From NCBI GenBank assembly GCA_963755915.1, contig CAVWLP010000002.1, forward strand, positions 4,864,001 to 4,928,000: 64,000 bases of DNA, written 5' to 3'. This DNA comes from an uncultured Phycisphaerales bacterium. GTDB taxonomy: Bacteria; Planctomycetota; Phycisphaerae; Tepidisphaerales; Tepidisphaeraceae. The notes below the pieces were generated by a model. The model saw only the letters and a program-made list of their open reading frames with translations. It made no database searches and was not told where the DNA came from. The position numbers were made by a program, and so were the translations under genes. Shown in pieces: positions 57,989-64,000 of this stretch; positions within the stretch are counted from its first letter, which is position 1; every line of letters starts with the position of its first letter.

Positions 57989-60028
57989 ATGTCAGAACCA
58001 CGACCCCCCGGAGCCCCCTTCCGAAAAAACGGCCGGAATACCCAAAACGGCAATGGCATGCGCGTTCCGCGGGGGCTGTTCGCGTGGGTGCTTTTCATCA
58101 GCCTGCTCATCATGCTGGTGATGCTGCTCCGGAGCACGGGGCCCAACAGCCAGCAGATTCCCATTTCCGACTTTGAGACGCTTCTGAAAAACGATCGCGT
58201 GCAGGAATTCACCATCGACGGAAACGACGTCGAAGGCCAAGTGAAGGAAAACATCCCAATCCCCAACGCGCCGGCCAACACGCGGTGGTTCAAGACGGAA
58301 TACCCTGAGGGGACCTTTTCCAACGGAACCTATCTGGCGCAGTTGATGACAATGCACGGCGACAGCAAGGTTGACGCCAAGAATGAGTCCAACCTGCTGA
58401 TCAACATTCTGCTGCCGCTGGTGCCGTGGCTGCTGATCTTCGGATTCATCTGGTTCTTCGTCTTCCGGCAGCTCCGCAACAGCGCGGGGGCGGGCGGGAT
58501 GCTGGGAAGCTTCGGCAAGAGCAAGCACAAGATTACGGCGAAGGATCACACCAACATCACCTTCGATGACGTGGCCGGCGTTGAAGAGGCCAAGGAAGAG
58601 GTGATGGAAATCGTGGAGTTCCTGAAGAACCCCAAGAAATTCCAGCGCCTGGGGGGACGAATTCCGCGCGGCGTGCTGCTGGTGGGCGAGCCGGGCACTG
58701 GTAAGACGCTGCTGGCCAAGGCAATCGCCGGCGAGGCGGATTGCCCGTTCTTCAGCATCAGCGGGTCTGACTTCGTCGAAATGTTCGTGGGCGTCGGGGC
58801 GAGCCGGGTACGCGATCTGTTTAAGCAGGCGAAGGACAACAGCCCGTGCATCATCTTCCTGGATGAAATCGACGCGGTGGGACGCCGGCGGGGCAGCGGG
58901 TTTTCCAGCGGCGGACATGACGAGCGCGAACAGACATTAAACGCCATCCTCGTGGAGATGGACGGCTTCGATACGAACGACCAGGTGATCGTGTGTGCGG
59001 CGACGAACCGGGTGGACGTGCTCGATCCGGCGCTGACCCGGCCGGGGCGATTCGATCGGCAGATTTACGTGCCGCTGCCGGACGTCAAGGGGCGGCTGGA
59101 AATTCTCAAGGTCCATAGCCGGAAGGTGAAACTTGGGCCGAACGTGGATTTGCAGCGGCTGGCCCGGGCGACGCCGGGATTCAGCGGGGCGGATTTGGCC
59201 GCCATCATCAACGAGTCGGCGCTGGGCGCGACGCTGGCGGGCAAGGAATTCATCGAGATGGACGATCTCGAGGAAGCCCGCGACAAAGTCCGCTGGGGCC
59301 GGGCGAGAAAGAGCCGCGTGATCGATGAAAAAGAAAAGATTGCCACGGCCTATCACGAAGCGGGGCATGCCGTCGTGCAATACCTGGAGAAAGACGCCGA
59401 TCCGATCCACAAGGTGACGATCATCCCGCGCGGGAACTATGGCGGGGCGACGATGGCGCTGCCGGAAAAAGACCGCATGTCCCATTCCAAGAAATGGTGC
59501 TATGCGTTCATGAAGGTTTGCTTCGGCGGGCGAATCGCCGAGGAGATGTTCACCGGGGATGTGAACACCGGCGCGGCGGGCGATATCCGGCAGGCGACTT
59601 CTTTGGCGCGAAAAATGATCCGCGACTGGGGCATGAGCGATCGCCTCGGCTTCGTTTTCTATGGCGAGGACGACAATCGCCCCGGGTTTTTCGAAATGAA
59701 CGGCGGACGCGACTATTCCGAAGAAACCGCCAAGGCCATCGACGAAGAGACGAGGTCGCTGATCGACCGGCTCTACGATGAGACGCGGAAAATCCTCGAA
59801 GCCAACAAGGATCGCGTTGAGGCGCTGGCCAAGGCGCTGACGCGATATGAGACGCTGGACGCCTCGGAAGTCGACCGCGTCATGAAGGGCGAAACGCTCA
59901 CCAAGCCGACGGTTGGCGATCTGCTGGAAAAAGAGCAGAGTCGGCGTGGCGTGGTGATTCAGCCGGCGCCTGAGGTCAAAGGGCCGGACGTGACCCTCGG
60001 CGGTGGGCCGTTGCCGACGCCGGGGTGA
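57989..60028 (+). CDS. ftsH: ATP-dependent zinc metalloprotease FtsH
   Basis: Two transmembrane segments, [21 protein letters not shown] and HEAGH. Confidence 0.97.
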   Translation: MSEPRPPGAPFRKNGRNTQNGNGMRVPRGLFAWVLFISLLIMLVMLLRSTGPNSQQIPISDFETLLKNDRVQEFTIDGNDVEGQVKENIPIPNAPANTRWFKTEYPEGTFSNGTYLAQLMTMHGDSKVDAKNESNLLINILLPLVPWLLIFGFIWFFVFRQLRNSAGAGGMLGSFGKSKHKITAKDHTNITFDDVAGVEEAKEEVMEIVEFLKNPKKFQRLGGRIPRGVLLVGEPGTGKTLLAKAIAGEADCPFFSISGSDFVEMFVGVGASRVRDLFKQAKDNSPCIIFLDEIDAVGRRRGSGFSSGGHDEREQTLNAILVEMDGFDTNDQVIVCAATNRVDVLDPALTRPGRFDRQIYVPLPDVKGRLEILKVHSRKVKLGPNVDLQRLARATPGFSGADLAAIINESALGATLAGKEFIEMDDLEEARDKVRWGRARKSRVIDEKEKIATAYHEAGHAVVQYLEKDADPIHKVTIIPRGNYGGATMALPEKDRMSHSKKWCYAFMKVCFGGRIAEEMFTGDVNTGAAGDIRQATSLARKMIRDWGMSDRLGFVFYGEDDNRPGFFEMNGGRDYSEETAKAIDEETRSLIDRLYDETRKILEANKDRVEALAKALTRYETLDASEVDRVMKGETLTKPTVGDLLEKEQSRRGVVIQPAPEVKGPDVTLGGGPLPTPG

Positions 60029-60046
60029 ACCGCGCTTAAATGTTCC

Positions 60047-62527
60047 TCACTGCGGGTACGAAACCTTTATCTGACTGTAGATGTTTGCCGCGCCGGTGGC
60101 ACAAACGCCTGTGCCGCTGAAGTCGTTGGGACTAATGGTGGCCTGCATGGAGAGCGTTTGGCTGTCGACGGTGTTGTGAGCTTCGGCGATAAGGGTTGAT
60201 CCACTGACTTTCAGGCTGAGCAAGGTGTTCTGCTTAAAGACGCCGGAGACAACTTGCGTGTCATTCAGCGCCATTCCGGCGCCGCTGGTGATTTTGTAGA
60301 ACTGGTAGGTGCAGGCGGCGGCGGTTTTGGTGGTGCGCCAATAGCGCAGCGAGTAGCCGGTCTGGGTGATCGGATCGTATTTGATAAAGATGTCGCCGTG
60401 ATAGTTGCGGCCTCCGCTGTCGTCCGGCGAGCCGGGGACGGCGAAGACGGTGCCTTCGGTTTTGTCCGGGGTGACGACCAGATCGACCTGCATGTCGCCG
60501 GTTTTTCCGTTTTGGAAATAGAAGAGTTTGTTGCCGGGGTCGCGGGAATTCCGGGCGTTGGTGCCGGCGCGGATGCCAAAGCCGTTGACGAGATTTGGTC
60601 CGGCGACGATGGACCATGCTCCTTCGACCGTCCAGAGCCCCCCTGCCGGCGCGGGGCTGGGGTCTGGGACGAAGTTGCGGAAATTGGGGTTGATGCTTGC
60701 AGACGCGACGTCGGCGGCGGCAATCGGCGCATCGGCCGTCGCAAAGACCGCGGGGCCGGGATCGGAGATGGGAATTTTTGGCTCGAGGCTGACGCGCAGG
60801 AATTTTCCCGCGTCGCCGGGCAGGAGGGTATAGGATTTCAGCGGCTCATTTCCACGGCTGACTGCAACCTGCGTGGCGTTCTTACCAGCGGCGTCATCGC
60901 AGGTAAACCAGGTGATCAGCGACTGATCCTTGCGTTTCCCCAGGTTCAGGGCGTAATCGACGCTGACTGATCCGCCGGCGGGCGGATCGAGTTTCAGGGG
61001 AGAGACCAGTACCGGCGGATCGATAAATTTCGGCTCGACGTAGATCCAGGCGGTGACGTAATAGCCGTTGGATGCGGTGGCCTTGATCGGCACGTACTCG
61101 GCTTCCTCAGTGCTGTTTTTGCCGATGACTTCGATTTTTGGGCCGGTGGAGGTGCTGAGGGAGATGAGGTTGGAGCTGGTTGACCAGGAAATGGTTGGAT
61201 CGGGGGCGTCGCGAGGAATGACTGCCGCGCTCAGTTTAACGCCCGGTCCGCCAGTGCGGATCGTCGGAGCGAACCAGATTGAGCCTGGAGAGGCGATGCC
61301 GAGCCCGAACGGTCCGCCGGCGACGGTTGTGGTCTCGCCGACGCGAAGGGACATGCGATAGACGAGCTTTTCCTGGCCGGCCTTTTCAAATTGCTGGCGG
61401 ACGCCGGCGGGGTCCCAATCGTCGGGCGCGGCGTTGGGGGCGGATCGCAAAAGATTCCAGGGGTCAAAGGCGGGAAGCTCCGGCGGGGACAATTCACGGC
61501 TATAGGTGAAGGTGCGCGGACCGACGGTGGCGTCGTGCACGACGGCGGGGTTTCCGTCTTCGGTTTTGTTGTTGGAGGTGAGCGTAAATTGATTGGGGCG
61601 AGGCGCGGCGATGCCGCGGACCCAGGCGGTGCGGGCTTCGGCGCTGGTGCCGGGGAACTGGCAGTTGATGAAAACGTCGGGGCGGGCGGCGCTGCCGAAT
61701 TCAGCTTTGTAAAATTCCATGGCGCGGTTTGCCTCGAATTTGCAGTTGAAAAAGACGACGTTGGAGGCGGACATTACGCCGCTGCCTCTGGGGTAGACGA
61801 GCATGCAGTCCTGCCAGACGCTGATCTGGCCGCCGCCCATCCAGTCGTCGGTTCCTTCGATATAGACGTTTTTGAAATAGGATCGGGTGGTTCCCAGGAA
61901 CATCGTGTCGAGCCGGCTGAGGATTGCGACGTTATCGTAGACGTGTTTGTCGCCCGCGGCCTGAAGAGCGACGGCCTGGGTGACCGTGGGATTTCGCATC
62001 TTTAGATTTTTACTTGCGTCGCCGGGGTATTCGTAATCGCAGTTGCAGTAGTTGAGGATCGTCAGGTTCCTGACGGTGAAGCCGGTGGCGTTGACGTCGA
62101 GGAGGAAGCCGTCGTCGCCGGCGCCTTCGTCTAGGCCGCGGTTGTCGGCGAGGACGACCGAGCGGCGGTTGTTGGTGAGGCCGAGGAGGGTGATCCAGTC
62201 CTTGGTGATGCTGAGGCTGGGGGCCGGCTCCTCGCTGCCGGTAATGAAATAGACATTGGGCTCAATGCCGATGACGGTCGGATGCGCTTCGGTTCCAGCC
62301 GGCGCGGCGGCGTAGGCGGCCTGGAAGGTTTTGAATTTTTTGTTTGTGGGGTCGTCTTTGGGGAGATTTTCATCTACCAGATAGTCATACGTGAGTTTGG
62401 AGGGGTCGATGGAATTGACGATGGGTTCGGAGCTGCCGCGGACGTTGTCCTGGGCGCGGGCTGGTCGTGCGACTCCAATTGAAATTGCGGATATGCCTAG
62501 AAGTAGAAAAAGGCTCTTGAATTTCAT
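60047..62527 (-). CDS. Secreted pectinesterase-like (CE8-like beta-helix) protein with Ig-like and beta-sandwich domains
   Basis: Signal peptide. FKTFQAAY, FTVRNLTILN, QAVAL, SRLDTMF and YIEGTDDWM, compared with the CE8 motifs QAVAL/QDTL/IEGxVDF. Confidence 0.7.
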   Translation of the reverse strand: MKFKSLFLLLGISAISIGVARPARAQDNVRGSSEPIVNSIDPSKLTYDYLVDENLPKDDPTNKKFKTFQAAYAAAPAGTEAHPTVIGIEPNVYFITGSEEPAPSLSITKDWITLLGLTNNRRSVVLADNRGLDEGAGDDGFLLDVNATGFTVRNLTILNYCNCDYEYPGDASKNLKMRNPTVTQAVALQAAGDKHVYDNVAILSRLDTMFLGTTRSYFKNVYIEGTDDWMGGGQISVWQDCMLVYPRGSGVMSASNVVFFNCKFEANRAMEFYKAEFGSAARPDVFINCQFPGTSAEARTAWVRGIAAPRPNQFTLTSNNKTEDGNPAVVHDATVGPRTFTYSRELSPPELPAFDPWNLLRSAPNAAPDDWDPAGVRQQFEKAGQEKLVYRMSLRVGETTTVAGGPFGLGIASPGSIWFAPTIRTGGPGVKLSAAVIPRDAPDPTISWSTSSNLISLSTSTGPKIEVIGKNSTEEAEYVPIKATASNGYYVTAWIYVEPKFIDPPVLVSPLKLDPPAGGSVSVDYALNLGKRKDQSLITWFTCDDAAGKNATQVAVSRGNEPLKSYTLLPGDAGKFLRVSLEPKIPISDPGPAVFATADAPIAAADVASASINPNFRNFVPDPSPAPAGGLWTVEGAWSIVAGPNLVNGFGIRAGTNARNSRDPGNKLFYFQNGKTGDMQVDLVVTPDKTEGTVFAVPGSPDDSGGRNYHGDIFIKYDPITQTGYSLRYWRTTKTAAACTYQFYKITSGAGMALNDTQVVSGVFKQNTLLSLKVSGSTLIAEAHNTVDSQTLSMQATISPNDFSGTGVCATGAANIYSQIKVSYPQ

Positions 62528-62600
62528 CGATCGCTCCTCGCCGCGAAGCTTGTGGCTGCCAGTTCAGGGCAATCGCATTTGGTTCGAGACATGCTGGGGG

Positions 62601-62639
62601 CCCTCACCCCAGCCCTCTCCCAGATTACTGGGAGAGGGG
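62601..62639. repeat. REP-like palindromic repeat, family A, copy 4 (diverged)
   Basis: ccctcaccccagccctctcccagattactgggagagggg. Confidence 0.75.
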
Positions 62640-62826
62640 GAAAGAGCAGCAAATGCGATTGTCGGGCTCGGAATATACCCGCTACGATGAAGATTGGAGA
62701 CGCGTATGAAACCGAATAAATGGCAAAAAATGGCGAAACTTGGGTATCAAATCACCAGCATGCAGAACTATCTGGGACTGTCTGTCGGTCGCGCGATCAC
62801 ATCCAGCCGGGCGGCATGACTTGCGA

Positions 62827-63966
62827 CTATTTCATCTCCTGCAAATCCACATTCACCACATGCCGCTGTCCCTTGCGGAGGATTTCGATCTGGGTCGTGC
62901 CGCGGCGGTCGGCGATGGCGGCGGCGAAAGCCGTGGCGTCGCCCACGGATTGGCCGGCCAGGGTGAGGATCAAATCGTCGGGCTGTAAGCCGGCCCGCTC
63001 CGCGGCGGAGCCTGGGATCACATTGCGAATGCGGAGAGCCGGCGTGGCGCCGAGGCCGGGAATGGATTGCCGGTCGGGATCATCGGGCGAAAGCGATTCG
63101 ATATAGACGCCGAGGTAGGGACGGCGCACGACGCCGTACTGGATCAATTCGTCGACGACCGGCGCACACCCGGCCGCCGAGATATACCGCCCTTCTTTGG
63201 TAAACCCGGCGATGGTGCCGTCGATGTTTACCAGCGTGGAGACATCCGGCTCCCACCCCTGCCACACGGCCAGACGATTGCCGGCGGGATTCAGCGACAT
63301 CACCAGCATCAATGTTCCCGCCTCGGGGGCGGCAGTTGAAACCGTCGCGGAGGGAAGCTGGATGTTGCCGTTGAGACGCAGGACGGTGAGATCCGCCTGG
63401 CGATCGGAAGCGACGAACGATGCGGTGGCCCAGCGCCCATCGCCGACGGCGACGGGAATCGGCCATTGGCACGCCGCCTGGTCGACGTATCGGGGAACGA
63501 GCAGGTGGTTCTGCCCGTCGACCACGATACCGATTCCGTTTGGCACAAAACGGTCGATGCGTAAAATGATCAGGTGAGGCGATTGCTGCACCGCCTCTGC
63601 TGAAGTTGGTTCAGTCGTCGGACGGATTTCCGCGGTCGAAAAAGGGACGCCCGATGCGCTGTGCTCCATCGCCACCAGGCGCGCCAGCGAGGCTGGATCG
63701 AGCTGCGGGGCCCATTTGGCAAGGGGATCGTCCGGCGGCAGCATGAATGTCGTCGGCATTGGCAACTGCACGCGGACGATGCTCGGGGCGACGTGCTTGA
63801 ACAGGTCCTGGGTTTCGTGGTTTAGTTGCTCGAGCAGAGGCCGGTCGGAGGAATTTTGCGTGGTCTGGCCAGGCGACGATTCGCAGGCGCTGCTAATCAG
63901 TATTGCACAAATCGCGGCGGCGATGCCGCGGGACTTGGGAAAAAACGCAGGTGCCGATTCAGACAT
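62827..63966 (-). CDS. HtrA-like exported protein with a degenerate trypsin-like domain and a PDZ domain
   Basis: VAPSIVRV, GIGIVVD, DRQADLTVLR, LVNIDG.IAG, YLGV, and PDZ motif VIPGSAAERAGLQPDDLI. Confidence 0.78.
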   Translation of the reverse strand: MSESAPAFFPKSRGIAAAICAILISSACESSPGQTTQNSSDRPLLEQLNHETQDLFKHVAPSIVRVQLPMPTTFMLPPDDPLAKWAPQLDPASLARLVAMEHSASGVPFSTAEIRPTTEPTSAEAVQQSPHLIILRIDRFVPNGIGIVVDGQNHLLVPRYVDQAACQWPIPVAVGDGRWATASFVASDRQADLTVLRLNGNIQLPSATVSTAAPEAGTLMLVMSLNPAGNRLAVWQGWEPDVSTLVNIDGTIAGFTKEGRYISAAGCAPVVDELIQYGVVRRPYLGVYIESLSPDDPDRQSIPGLGATPALRIRNVIPGSAAERAGLQPDDLILTLAGQSVGDATAFAAAIADRRGTTQIEILRKGQRHVVNVDLQEMK

Positions 63967-64000
63967 GGAGCAATCAGCTAAAACTTAGCTACTAAAACTT

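Overview
64 kb of a GC-rich bacterial chromosome, most likely a planctomycete of the Phycisphaerae/Tepidisphaera type. That assignment is inferred from a split dcw cluster with an ftsQ-like gene not followed by ftsA/ftsZ, a eukaryote-like UDP-GlcNAc pyrophosphorylase and the style of the hypothetical proteins. Content is mostly housekeeping: rpoBC, murE-murF-mraY, htpX, pyrE, rnc, rpmH, rny, argH, murC-murB-ddl-ftsQ, mraZ, hemB, bamD, lptE and ftsH. It also holds carbohydrate-active enzymes, a DUF4062-NB-ARC-TPR gene, a nucleotidyltransferase/HTH gene pair and several short REP-like repeat families. Many essential genes are broken by single-base indels, best explained as long-read consensus errors. 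No rRNA, tRNA, CRISPR array, transposase or integrase was seen. Two unannotated signals stand out. (1) A ~560-nt non-coding stretch after an orphan mraZ (54345-54903) folds on the + strand into a chain of hairpins, many with GGA loops, resembling a CsrB/RsmZ-type CsrA sponge. (2) An 85-aa upstream ORF with a transmembrane segment and a RAPP ribosome-arrest motif lies before RNase Y, followed by a helix able to mask the rny ribosome-binding site. Both are pattern-based hypotheses from manual reading; no folding or database search was run.
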